A DNA stretch of 64,000 bases, from contig JACPGV010000002.1 in the NCBI GenBank assembly GCA_016182385.1, positions 125,190 to 189,189 of the forward strand, written 5' to 3'. Shown piece by piece: positions 48,692 to 58,700 of this stretch; the stretch's first letter is position 1; every line of letters begins with the position of its first letter. Both the position numbers and the translations under genes were made by a program. The notes under the pieces are model-generated. The model saw only the letters and a list, made by a program, of their open reading frames with translations. It was not told the origin of the DNA and did not search any database. The stretch comes from Candidatus Moraniibacteriota bacterium (GTDB lineage: Bacteria; Patescibacteriota; Minisyncoccia; Moranbacterales; UBA1568).

Positions 48692-49222
48692 ATGGCTTAT
48701 TTATCGACTCCAAAATTGATTTTCCCTACAAAAGATTATCGTGTTACAGGGCTTCCGTTTGGGAAAAAATCATCTCATGGGGGAGTATTTTGGGGAGTGC
48801 ACCTTGGGGAAGATTATTTTGCTTCCGCCGGTACGGATGTGTATGCGTGTGGGCGTGGCACGGTGGTATATGCGGCATTACATGCGGGTTCTCAAGAAAA
48901 AGGAAACTGGGGTCACGTTATTATTATTCGTCATAAAAGCCCTTATTCCAGACGTGTTTTTTATTCACTCTATGGCCACCTGGGAACGAGTTTCAAACGT
49001 ATTGGTGAAAAAGTGGCGCTTGGCGAGCCTATTGGGTTTATTGGTGAGGGGAATACCCCAGAAAATGGCTTTTGGCCGGCACATTTGCATTTTGGGATAT
49101 ATATGGGCCCATGGAAGAAAGAAGTTTTGCCGGGATATTGGAAGGAGGGCGAGCAGAGAACGCGAATGGAGTGGTGGATAAATCCAAGTGAGTTTATTGT
49201 TGATTACGAAAAAAAAGAGTAA
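48692..49222 (+). CDS. M23 family metallopeptidase
   Basis: HLGED (HxxxD), SLYGHL, AHLHFGI (HxH). Confidence 0.92.
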   Translation: MAYLSTPKLIFPTKDYRVTGLPFGKKSSHGGVFWGVHLGEDYFASAGTDVYACGRGTVVYAALHAGSQEKGNWGHVIIIRHKSPYSRRVFYSLYGHLGTSFKRIGEKVALGEPIGFIGEGNTPENGFWPAHLHFGIYMGPWKKEVLPGYWKEGEQRTRMEWWINPSEFIVDYEKKE

Positions 49223-49286
49223 ACCGCTTCTTAAAGCGGTTTTTAATATTCTTGCCCGACATTCTTCTGTGTCTTTGAAATATCAA

Positions 49287-50001
49287 TTTCCTACGTGGTG
49301 CAGAATACTTGAATTAGTCCGAACGCATTTCGCCGCCTGCGGCGGCGAGGAAGCCCCCTGCGAAAATTCGGAAAGGCAGCGGAGCCGCACCGCTGACAAT
49401 TTCAAGTTTTTCTTTGACGGTATTTAATTCAGAATTCGTAAGCGAACACCAAATGCAAATATATTTTATGATAAATTCAGGAAAAAATTAAAAAAAGGGC
49501 TCCACACACGACTACTCGTGGGGAGCCCTTTGGGTTGTGGCGTATTGGCTACCTACACCCTAAAAGACGGGCGATGATGCCTCCCCACAACATGTGAGCG
49601 ATGTTGTGGCCGGTTTGCGCGAACCGGTTAACGTCCTCTTTGAAACTTACATCAAAGAAAACATCGATCGCTATAACAACGATGGGGCCGATGATCATTA
49701 CTCCAAGGAATTCAAGAACTTTTTTCATCACATCTCCTTTAATTGGTGTTGTTTTCTGCGGCACTTTACCGCAGAAAACAACGTTGGATGACGTAACTAA
49801 TATAGCATATATGCACTTGAAAGTCAAGCGTAACATAAAAAGCCCATATTTTATGGCTTTTTTTGGCTTTCGTATTGAATTAAAAATGTTCTTCCATGTA
49901 AACGAAATTGCGAATTCCGTTTTGAGTCAAAAACACAATACGCGCGAGCCGCCGAGCGAAGCGAGGCGACTTCTGAATCCTTGACTTTTCCAACGCGGTG
50001 C
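49287..50001. mobile_element. Putative 700-bp integrase-less cassette at the tRNA-Arg(TCG) 3' end
   Basis: tttcctacgtggtgc (49287) and tttccaacgcggtgc (49987, overlapping tRNA end) are 13/15 direct repeats; GC hairpins inside both ends. Confidence 0.5.
49549..49728 (-). CDS. 59-aa membrane protein
   Basis: MKKVLEFLGVMIIGPIVVIAIDVFF...; aaggaga SD, TTGACT-17-TATATT promoter, terminator near 49494-49531. Confidence 0.7.
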   Translation of the reverse strand: MKKVLEFLGVMIIGPIVVIAIDVFFDVSFKEDVNRFAQTGHNIAHMLWGGIIARLLGCR

Positions 50002-50072
50002 GCTCGGAGGGGATCGAACCCCCGACCCTCTGGTTCGAAGCCAGATGCTCTAATCCACTGAGCTACGAGCGC
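49999..50072 (-). tRNA. tRNA-Arg(TCG)
   Basis: Reverse strand gcgctcg...tctgg-ct-TCG-aa-ccaga...cgagcgca. Confidence 0.95.
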
Positions 50073-50168
50073 GGAGAATATAACTCTTCTAAACCTACCT
50101 TAGATAAAATGTTCCGTCAAATAATATTTTGGTGTATACTGACAGTGTCTTATTATTAAAAAATTTTT

Positions 50169-50942
50169 ATGTCAGAAAACTTGGTAAATACTTTGAAAGG
50201 TTTCTCTTTGGCGTTGCTTGCTGTTGCGGCAGTGGGATATGTCTATCAGTATGGGCGTTTTATTGATCAGACCTATCCAACAAGAACATTTTCGGTTGAT
50301 GGTGAAGAAAAAATTGAATTAGCAAATGATATTGCCCTGTTTACCGCAAGCGTTGTTACAGAAGGCGGAAAGAATGTAGGAGAGATTCAGAAAAGAAATG
50401 TAGAAAAAATGAACGCTATCAATGAATTCTTGAAAGAGCAGGGTGTTGAAGAAAAAGATTTACAAACTGAGCAGTATTCTCTCTCTCCTCGTTATAGTTA
50501 TCCGAGCTGTGAAGGACAAACGGTATGTCCCCAGCCTTTCATTAGTGGATATACTCTCACCCAAACGCTTTCGGTGAAAGTGCGTGACATGGATAAAATA
50601 GGCGATATTCTTTCTGGTGTTACCACAAAGGGTACTCAGTCTGTTTCAGGGGTAAGTTTTACGGTTGACGACACTGATGTTGCCAAGCAAAAGGCACGCA
50701 CTCTGGCCATAGAAAAAGCGCAAAAGAAAGCTCGTGATATGGCTAAGGCGGGAGGATTCAAATTGGGAAAGCTCGTTTCTCTTTATGAGGATCAGGGAAT
50801 TATGTCCGCCACGGATATTGGATATGGCGGCATGGGTGGCGGTATCATGGAGGCCAAGGCTATCCCAGTAGCGCCTATTATTGAACCCGGTACTCAGTCG
50901 GGAAAAGCACGCGTGACGCTCACGTATGAAATAAAAAATTAG
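50169..50942 (+). CDS. SIMPL (DUF541) domain protein
   Basis: N-terminal TM, RTFSVDGE, LQTEQYSLSPRY, AIEKAQKKA, IEPG...VTLTYEI. Confidence 0.9.
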   Translation: MSENLVNTLKGFSLALLAVAAVGYVYQYGRFIDQTYPTRTFSVDGEEKIELANDIALFTASVVTEGGKNVGEIQKRNVEKMNAINEFLKEQGVEEKDLQTEQYSLSPRYSYPSCEGQTVCPQPFISGYTLTQTLSVKVRDMDKIGDILSGVTTKGTQSVSGVSFTVDDTDVAKQKARTLAIEKAQKKARDMAKAGGFKLGKLVSLYEDQGIMSATDIGYGGMGGGIMEAKAIPVAPIIEPGTQSGKARVTLTYEIKN

Positions 50943-50962
50943 CGGTTGACGTAAAGATAAAG

Positions 50963-50993
50963 AAAAACCCTCTCGACAACGAGAGGGTTTTTT
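50963..50993. terminator. Bidirectional terminator
   Basis: aaaaaccctctcg-acaa-cgagagggttttt. Confidence 0.75.
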
Positions 50994-51006
50994 ATGAAGT
51001 TAAGCA

Positions 51007-51465
51007 TTAAGCTGTCGGAGGGACGCTACTTTTACAGCACTCACCACCGTTGTCTTCATTACAGCAGTCTTTGCAACGAGGGCAGGGGCATTTGGCAAAA
51101 AGCATCAAGCCACCAATAATGGCAATGTTCTTTAGGAATGATGTTATCTGCATTTGAGCGTTGTCGCCATTCCAGTTCATATGATACATGAGTGTGGCAA
51201 GTACCGTGAATACGATAAGCATCCATGCCGCCTGTGATGGGCGGAAATTAAGAAGAAGCATGAGACCGCCACCAAGCTTGAGGACAATAGCGACTACGGT
51301 AGCGAGTGTCGCGATACCAGCGAGGCCCCAGGGGGTAAGTCCTGATTCTACGAATTTTGCCGTACCGGAAAAATTCGTTAAAAAGTTAAAACCGCCTACA
51401 ACAAATATGAGAGACAAAAACACACGCGGCAAGTGTTTTGTTCCGAAACAAGCGTCTTTTGACAT
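51007..51465 (-). CDS. DoxX family membrane protein with Cys-rich tail
   Basis: RVFLSLIFVVGG, FLKNIAIIGGL; C-terminal CPCPRCKDCC...CC. Confidence 0.85.
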   Translation of the reverse strand: MSKDACFGTKHLPRVFLSLIFVVGGFNFLTNFSGTAKFVESGLTPWGLAGIATLATVVAIVLKLGGGLMLLLNFRPSQAAWMLIVFTVLATLMYHMNWNGDNAQMQITSFLKNIAIIGGLMLFAKCPCPRCKDCCNEDNGGECCKSSVPPTA

Positions 51466-51688
51466 ATCGCAAAATATTAAAAAGTTATTCTCCTTCTTTT
51501 ATTATAGGGGAAAAGTGTTCTTTTTAAAATTTTTTGTCAACTCTGTTTTTATAAAAAAAGTAAAAGAAAATAAAAAAAGGCTGTAGAAGGGCATTTTTTC
51601 GTTTTTTAGAAAAAAATATTTTGTGCGGGAAAGGGGAAAGATATCGGTAGATCTATTTTTTGAAAAAAAAGCATGAAATACTCAAAGG

Positions 51689-51760
51689 GGTGACTACAGG
51701 GAATCGAACCCTGATTCATGGTACCACAAACCATTGTCCTACCATTGAACGATAGTCACC
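51689..51760 (-). tRNA. tRNA-His(GTG)
   Basis: G-1 ggtgacta.../tagtcacc, atggt-tt-GTG-gt-accat. Confidence 0.93.
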
Positions 51761-51828
51761 CCTTTGTTTACTTCTTTTGTTCAAAGAAAAGGCCTAGAAG
51801 TCCGCGGTTTCCCGCCTGCCAAAGTCTG

Positions 51829-51900
51829 TGCCCCGAGAGGGAATCGAACCCCCATCAACGGCTTAGAAGTCCGCGGCTCTATCCATTGAGCTATCGGGGC
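51829..51900 (-). tRNA. tRNA-Arg(TCT)
   Basis: gccccga/tcggggc acceptor, gcgga-ct-TCT-aa-gccgt. Confidence 0.92.
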
Positions 51901-51930
51901 AAGCCCAAATCATTTTCTTTTCTTCACGTG

Positions 51931-52003
51931 TGGGTGTAGTAGGGATCGAACCTACGACCGTTGGCTTAAGAGGCCACTGCTCTACCAACTGAGCTATACA
52001 CCC
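51931..52003 (-). tRNA. tRNA-Lys(CTT)
   Basis: gggtgta/tacaccc acceptor, tggc-ct-CTT-aa-gcca. Confidence 0.94.
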
Positions 52004-52095
52004 GTTATTTGATGATGTTTTTTCAAGAAAAACAAAAAGCGTTTTTACCAAAACGCAAAGCAATGGTAACAAGAAACATCATTTTTGTAAAGGTT

Positions 52096-53388
52096 CTATG
52101 AGTGAATTTTTTTGTAATCCTCCCATTGTTTTTTTGACCAATTAGAGGGCTTTTCTTTGAGGGGTTCTTCTCCCGGATGAGGAAAAAGAGCGGGTGATTT
52201 GTAATTGCTCCAAAAGCTATCATTGATAATAATATTTCCCGAAGTATCCGTAACGAGCTGACTAAAAACGGTTTTCATGCTGCCATCGGGGTTACTTTGA
52301 AGTACGTGAGGTCCATCAATAGAAACAGCGCGACCATCTTTGGTTCCATAAAAACGAAAGGTCAGCTCTGTTCCTTCAATTGTTGGTTGCATAAGGATAG
52401 CCCCCGGTGTGTTGTTGACAAAAGCGAGATCGGGCTTGGGAATGTAAATGGTGGCATCCATGCCGTAAGGACGATAGTAACGAACAGGGTAAGCGTGATT
52501 GCGCCGCTCGGTGATTTTCATCCCGCTGTGAATAGCGGCACGAAATACCGTGCTCGACACCTGACAAATGCCACCACCGAATTCCGGAACGGTTTCGTTG
52601 TGTTTGATGACCAATTCTGGAAGATATCCGTGTTCGCCATCGACTTCGCCGAGATATTTTACAAAAGAAAATTCTTCACCGGGGGCGATGATAATGTTTT
52701 CAAACTGCTGGAGAGCTCGTTTGATATTGTAAATACGATTTTTTGGAGAACCGCGGAAATCGGTTTTTCCTTCGCCAATGAGTTCATGAAGTCCCAATCG
52801 TTCACGATCGTCAGCCGTAAGTTTTGGTTTGATGATTTCTGTCGGAAGAACGATAGTCTTTTTTTCGAGATCCGCTGTTTGGAAAAAATCCAAAAGAAGA
52901 ACCATAGCCTCTTTTTCTTTGAGACGGTAACCGTTTTTTTCAGGTGTGGTAATAACTACTTTGCCATCGACAACACCAAAGCGCGCGTCGCTTGGTTCTT
53001 GGAGTGTTTTTTCCTTGAGTTCGGTTATAAAATTTTCTAATGCCAAGGTATCGACAGTGCTTGTAAGAATATTAATTACTCGTTCATGCGCATGACGAGA
53101 GAGAGAAAATTCACAGAAAAAATAAGCGTGTGGACAATGAGAAATATCTTCTATTTCAGATCGAATTTTTGGTGAACGGACGATCTTGGTATCCAGATGG
53201 GTAAAGCGAGAAATATCCTCAAGAGAAAGAGCTTCTTGATATTCACCAGCCTTGAGTGTGATCGGACCGGGTAGAGCAGCTGATACTGGAAGTGGAGAAA
53301 AAACGAAAAAAAAGAACATAACAAAAACACCCCAAAACGGTAAGGGCAGATTTTTTTTCTGGATATATTGAAGAGGGGTATCATTCAT
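52096..53388 (-). CDS. VanW family protein with N-terminal anchor
   Basis: NRIYNI, PGEEFSF, GGGICQVSSTVFRA, ERRNHAY, GMDATI. Confidence 0.92.
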   Translation of the reverse strand: MNDTPLQYIQKKNLPLPFWGVFVMFFFFVFSPLPVSAALPGPITLKAGEYQEALSLEDISRFTHLDTKIVRSPKIRSEIEDISHCPHAYFFCEFSLSRHAHERVINILTSTVDTLALENFITELKEKTLQEPSDARFGVVDGKVVITTPEKNGYRLKEKEAMVLLLDFFQTADLEKKTIVLPTEIIKPKLTADDRERLGLHELIGEGKTDFRGSPKNRIYNIKRALQQFENIIIAPGEEFSFVKYLGEVDGEHGYLPELVIKHNETVPEFGGGICQVSSTVFRAAIHSGMKITERRNHAYPVRYYRPYGMDATIYIPKPDLAFVNNTPGAILMQPTIEGTELTFRFYGTKDGRAVSIDGPHVLQSNPDGSMKTVFSQLVTDTSGNIIINDSFWSNYKSPALFPHPGEEPLKEKPSNWSKKQWEDYKKIHS

Positions 53389-53450
53389 AGAACAAAACCG
53401 GTTTCGTGGTAAAAAGAAACCGGCAGAAAAAAGAAAAATTCCTGAACGTT

Positions 53451-53999
53451 TTAGAATCCGCGTACTTGAATTTTTTTCGTTTTTGTTGTGTCGGCTTTGG
53501 GTAAGCGGATAGTAAGAATTCCATTTTTTAATGAGGCATCAGCTTTTTCCGGAATAACATCAACTGGGAGTAAGACAGAACGCGAAAAAGATCCCCAGTA
53601 ACATTCTTGATAGTAATAATTGCTATTTTCCACGATTTCTTCATTTTTTCGTTCACCTTTGACGGTAACCATATCATTATTAATGGAAACATCAAGATCT
53701 TCCGGTCTGACGCCGGCAATAGTCGACTTGATAACGATATCATTTTCTGTTTGATATACATCGATAGTCAATTGTCCTTCTGATCCGTCGTTTTCCATTG
53801 TGCTTGCCTGTCCAAAAGAAGCAGTCGCTCCCCAGGAATCTTCGTTGCGGATAGGAAAGGCATGTGATGGTTCGTTCATAGTGTTTGTTTCTTTTTCTTC
53901 GTTATAAACCGGAATGGATTCTTCGTAATTTTCTTCATCACGAATATCTTTAGCGCCGGTCAATCGCTCAAAAAACGAGCGTTTTTGTTTAGTGGTCAT
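53451..53999 (-). CDS. Hsp20/alpha-crystallin small heat-shock protein
   Basis: IDVYQTE, ECYWGSFSRSVLLP, LKNGILTIRLPK. Confidence 0.93.
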   Translation of the reverse strand: MTTKQKRSFFERLTGAKDIRDEENYEESIPVYNEEKETNTMNEPSHAFPIRNEDSWGATASFGQASTMENDGSEGQLTIDVYQTENDIVIKSTIAGVRPEDLDVSINNDMVTVKGERKNEEIVENSNYYYQECYWGSFSRSVLLPVDVIPEKADASLKNGILTIRLPKADTTKTKKIQVRGF

Positions 54000-54089
54000 A
54001 CCTTGACGATTTAGGTAATAAAAATCATATTTTCAGTATACGTCATTCCAAAAACTGATGCAAGAATAATGAACTGAGCATTTCTTATG

Positions 54090-54881
54090 TTAATCCGCGA
54101 GAGCAATTTTTAGTTTGGCCAGTGCGGCGGCGGCAGTGGTGCGAAAGGTACCGATGGCTTTATTTATGGCCGCTTTCTTCGTATTTGAGAGAGATTCGAT
54201 TTGAGAACGGACTTTTTCAGCGTTTTGTTTGTCTGTTTTGAGTTGGCTGCGAGCCGCTTTGAGACTGTTGCGGAAATTTTTCTTTATTTCTACTGTTGTT
54301 TTCCCGTTGTCACAGTCGGTTTTTACTTGAGCGACTGCCGCGTCTACTGCGGATTTAAATTTTGTTTGCGCATCTTTCATTGATGTTTCACGAGAGGTAA
54401 TCGCACTATCAACCCCATCACGAAAAGATTTGATAGCTGAGTCAACAGCAGCTTGCCGAGTGTCGACAGCCTCTTCTATTGTTTGTTTGAAAACAAGGAC
54501 AGCATCTTTTTCTTCCTCAGTATCGGCACGCGCTTCAAGACGCTCGTACCACTCGGCGCGGCGAGCATCGGAGGCGGAGCGAAAATCAGAGAGTTTGTTG
54601 TCGCGGGAGTCTCGACGCTCTTCCAATTGTTCTTCTTTTCCATCAAGAAAATCAGTAACTTTTTCTTGTCGTTCAGCAATATTTTTGGCTATTTTTTCTG
54701 CTGTGGCGGTAAAATTAGCGCAAAATTCTTCGGTGTTTTTAATTTTCAGATTAATCGGTGGAAGATCTATTTTTGGGGTAAGGTCAATGGTAGGAAACGT
54801 CCACGCAAAAGTAGTGGGTGCGGAAAAAATAAACAGAACGCTTAAGCTAAAAACAAGGAATTTAGTATTCATCTTCGTCAT
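54090..54881 (-). CDS. Secreted alpha-helical coiled-coil protein
   Basis: Signal peptide ending TFA, long Ala/Lys/Glu helices. Confidence 0.75.
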   Translation of the reverse strand: MTKMNTKFLVFSLSVLFIFSAPTTFAWTFPTIDLTPKIDLPPINLKIKNTEEFCANFTATAEKIAKNIAERQEKVTDFLDGKEEQLEERRDSRDNKLSDFRSASDARRAEWYERLEARADTEEEKDAVLVFKQTIEEAVDTRQAAVDSAIKSFRDGVDSAITSRETSMKDAQTKFKSAVDAAVAQVKTDCDNGKTTVEIKKNFRNSLKAARSQLKTDKQNAEKVRSQIESLSNTKKAAINKAIGTFRTTAAAALAKLKIALAD

Positions 54882-55221
54882 AAGATTGTCCTAAATCATT
54901 AATAATTTTACTGCCGGTATCAAGGGAAGAAATTTCACCGGTAGTTTCTTCGGTGAGGGTGTTTTGGTCGCCGCTAACATCATCGGTGATTTTTTTGACG
55001 ATATCATCAATATTTTCTTTTTCTGAAGGAGAATCGTTTTTGGTTGGTGTCGGGGTGGGCGCTGACGTGTCTTTCTTTTCTTTTTCTCCTGTTGTTTGCG
55101 CGGTCGGCAGAGTGTTTGTGTCATCGCTTGTTTTACGCGATCCGAGCCAGTATGCTCCGAAAAAAATCGCCGCCACAAGAACAATGCCCAAAACAATCTT
55201 TAACCAAGGCTTCTGTTCCAT
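54862..55221 (-). CDS. Single-TM low-complexity protein
   Basis: N-terminal TM then Thr/Pro/acidic tail. Confidence 0.7.
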   Translation of the reverse strand: MEQKPWLKIVLGIVLVAAIFFGAYWLGSRKTSDDTNTLPTAQTTGEKEKKDTSAPTPTPTKNDSPSEKENIDDIVKKITDDVSGDQNTLTEETTGEISSLDTGSKIINDLGQSYDEDEY

Positions 55222-55292
55222 AACATTTTTCCTGAAGAAATTATGTTTTTATTGTAGCACAGGAAGAGAAAATGTCGAAAAAAGTCAATATC

Positions 55293-55745
55293 CTAAAGAA
55301 AAATCAAAAAAGAGTTATAAAGACCGTGCAGGAGGATGGCGGTAAAAAGGGTAAAAAATACGAAAGGTCGGGGAAAGCGAGATATCGCGAAAAAAAGAGA
55401 AAAACCGGTAGTCATATGCACGAGAAAAATACCGGTAAGATTAAGAAGAGAAGGGAAATGGGTAGTCATGGTGATAGTAAGGATTTCTGTGCAGGAAAAA
55501 CCAACCCCGAATAAACCGCCGAGCAGAAGAAGACGAAAAAAAGAAGGAAGGGATGTAGAGTGCGCAAACCTTATTATGTATTGTTTGAGAAAAAACAATT
55601 TGCACGTTTCTTCTATAAAAACAAAAAACCATAAAGAAAAGAATCCTCTGAGAGGAAGAAGAAAGACGCTAGAAAAGAGGAGTTCTACAATGAGAGCGAA
55701 GCCGGCTGCGAGAAGACCGAAAATAAAAATAATGAGAGGAGGCAT
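55293..55745 (-). CDS. PrsW-like intramembrane glutamic protease (short)
   Basis: IEETCK, GVGFSCTE, LVH, AILLHGLYN. Confidence 0.75.
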   Translation of the reverse strand: MPPLIIFIFGLLAAGFALIVELLFSSVFLLPLRGFFSLWFFVFIEETCKLFFLKQYIIRFAHSTSLPSFFRLLLLGGLFGVGFSCTEILTITMTTHFPSLLNLTGIFLVHMTTGFSLFFAISRFPRPFVFFTLFTAILLHGLYNSFLIFL

Positions 55746-55748
55746 AGA

Positions 55749-58700
55749 TTAGTTTTGTAATGATGCCAGATGATTTTTGATATCAAGAAGCTGTTTTTGC
55801 GATTCTTTGAGTTTGCCGTGTTTTGTTTCGATGATTTCTTTTTTAGCGCGTTCGATAAAGTTTTTGTTCGAGAGTTTGGCTTCGAGTGTCGCGATATATT
55901 TTTCTTTTTCGTCTTTTTCTTTTGTGAAGCGCGCCCGTTCTTTGGCGATATCGACGACGCCATCGAGATGAAGGAAAGCAGAGAGGAGTCCGTATTGGAC
56001 GCGAAGAGTGTTTTTCGGCGCGACAGCGCTTTTGAGTGTTTGAAGTTTATCGATGCGCGCGAGACGTTTGAAAATTTCTTCGTTGCCACGAAGGGTTTGT
56101 TCGGACTCGCCGAAAGCGCTCACAGTCATCTTTTGTGCCGGATCGATATGGTAAGCCGCGCGGACATTGCGGATAGTCGAGATGAGTCCTTTCACGAGCT
56201 CGAAGCGATTTTCCGTGGCGATTTCAAGTTTTGTCGTATCGAATTCTGGCCACTTGGCGATCATCAGAAATTCGTTCGTATCGAAATGGAACGTCTGGTG
56301 TATGGCTTCGGTGACGAACGGCATAAAGGGATGCCAGAGTTTGAGGATTTTGTCGAAAGCGTAGCGGAGCAGGGCATCGTTTTTCTCGACCTTGTGCACT
56401 TCGACATACCAGTCGGCGAAATCACCCCAAGTGAACTCGCGGAGCTCTTCGGCGGCGAGCGAAAGCTCGTAGCGTTCGAGGTGGCGTGTGATGTCGCGGA
56501 CGATCGCGTGGAGTTTTTTTATCAGGTACTGGTCTGCATCCGTCTTTGGCTCTGGCGGCGTATTCGTTTTTTCTGTCATGGTGCCGACATAACGCGCGAG
56601 ATTCCAAAGCTTGTTGGTGAAATTACGCATCATAACGATCTTTTCATCTGAGAGCCTGAGATCGTTGCCGGGTGTTGAACCGGAAATAAGTGCCATACGA
56701 AGCGCGTCAGCACCGTATTTTTCTGAAACCGTGAGCGGGTCGATTACGTTGCCGAGACTTTTACTCATCTTGCGACCCTGTTCGTCGCGGACGAGGCCGT
56801 GAAGATAGATGGTGTCGAAAGGGTGTGTGTCGAGGAGATATTCCGTCATAAGAATCATCCGTGCCACCCAGAAAAAGAGGATGTCATAGCCGGTTTCGAG
56901 GAGACTGGTCGGATGATAATTTTTGAAATCAACCGCGTTTTCATCTGGCCAGCCGAGCGTTGAGAACGTCCACAATCCCGACGAGAACCACGTATCGAGC
57001 GTATCAGGATCTTGTTCAAAGAAATGATGGCCACAATATTCGCATGGCTTGAGAATATCAATAGAAAGCGGAGTGGCATTCGGGAACCTTTTGATGTTCA
57101 TGATGGATTCTGGTGTAACACCTTGTATTTTTCTCCAGAGTGCGCGCAGTACGGCTCCATGGCTCGTTATGAGCACGTTTTTATGGGAATGTTTTTCAAG
57201 ATGTTCCGAGACTGCTTTCCAGATTCTGTTTTCTGCCTCCTCATAACTTTCATTATTAGCGGATTTTCCATTGTATTTTTGGAGATCTGGGAATCGTTTT
57301 TTCGTTTCTGAATATGATAGGCCTTCGGCTTTGCCCATATTTCTTTCTTGGAGACGGTCATCAATGATGATTTCATCCACTCCTATTTTTTTACCGATGA
57401 TTTTGGCTGTTTCGTGTGCTCGAGAAAGGTGTGAGCTGAAGATAACTCCGATATTTTCAGCGGCGAGTTTTTCTGCTGTAAGACGTGCCTGTTCGCGTCC
57501 GGTTTCGTTGAGCGGAATATCAGTGGTTCCGGCGTTGATTTCTTTCTTGTTCCAATCTGTTTCTCCATGGCGCACAAAAAACCATCGGGACTTTACGGTT
57601 GCGTTGATGCGTTCTTTTTTGCAGGAGAGACAGTACCACACGGGAATGCGATGGCCGAACCAAATCTGGCGTGAGATACACCAGTCGCGGAGATTGTCGA
57701 TCCAGTGGAAGTATGTTTTGGAGAATCGTTCGGGGAGAAGAGTAATTTTTCCTGGCCCGACGGCTTCGCGCATCAGTTGTTTGAGTGTCGTCTTTTTTCC
57801 ACTATGGTCGAATTCTTTGTTCACCGCTACGAACCATTGGCGCATCGGGATGATTTCGAGTACGTCTTCGTAGCGATCGCTTGTCCCGACGTTTTGTGTG
57901 ATGTCTTCTTCTTTCTCAATGAGATCGTTCTCACGGAGCCAGAGGACGAATTTTTCACGCGCTTCGAGTGTTGTGAGGTGGGCATAGTCTTGGCCCGCTT
58001 CGGCCGTCATGGTTCCGTCAGTGTCGATGACTTGGATGAGATCGATTTCTGGATGACGCTCACGCATTTCGAAATCGGCATGACTGTGGGCGGGTGTGAC
58101 GCCGACCGCGCCGGTACCAAACGCGGGGTCGACGGATTCGTCCGCGATGATTTTGATTGCAAGCGGTTTGGCGGAGCCTACGTCGGCAGTGAATGTTTGC
58201 CCGATGTATTTTTTGTAACGTTCGTCATCCGGATGGACAGCGATAGCCGTATCGCCGAGCTTGGTTTCGGGACGGGTGGTCGCGATGGCGATAGGAAAAT
58301 TTTTCGAGTAGCGGAAGGTATAGAGTTTTGCTTGCCGTTCAATAGTGACGACCTCATCGTCGGAACAGGTGGACTGCCCCTTGATCGTCCAGTTGACGAC
58401 ACGATAACCGCGGTAGATGAGTCCGTCATCATACATTTTTTTGAAGGCGGTACGGACAGAAAGACTGCGTTTTTCATCGAGTGTGTAGGCTTCGCGCGAC
58501 CAGTCGAGTGACGCGCCCATTTTTTTGGTCTGATGGACGATCGTGTCGTGACTTTGCTGAGCAAATGTTTCAATACGTTTCAAAAATTCTTCCCGACCGA
58601 GATCGAAGCGGGTTTTTTGTTCTTCTTTCCAAAGAATGTTTTCCACTTTGCTTTGTGTGGCGACAGCGGCGTGGTCAGTGCCGGGGATCCAAAGTGTCCG

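Noticed and set aside
49188-49427. 79-aa ORF as a functional gene
   Set aside because: It crosses a terminator and has no good start; kept only as possible recombinase-remnant evidence in the mini-island finding.
51600-51688. tRNA-tail unit downstream of tRNA-His
   Set aside because: No antisense T-arm or 3'-end duplication seen, so the element is not present at every tRNA cluster.
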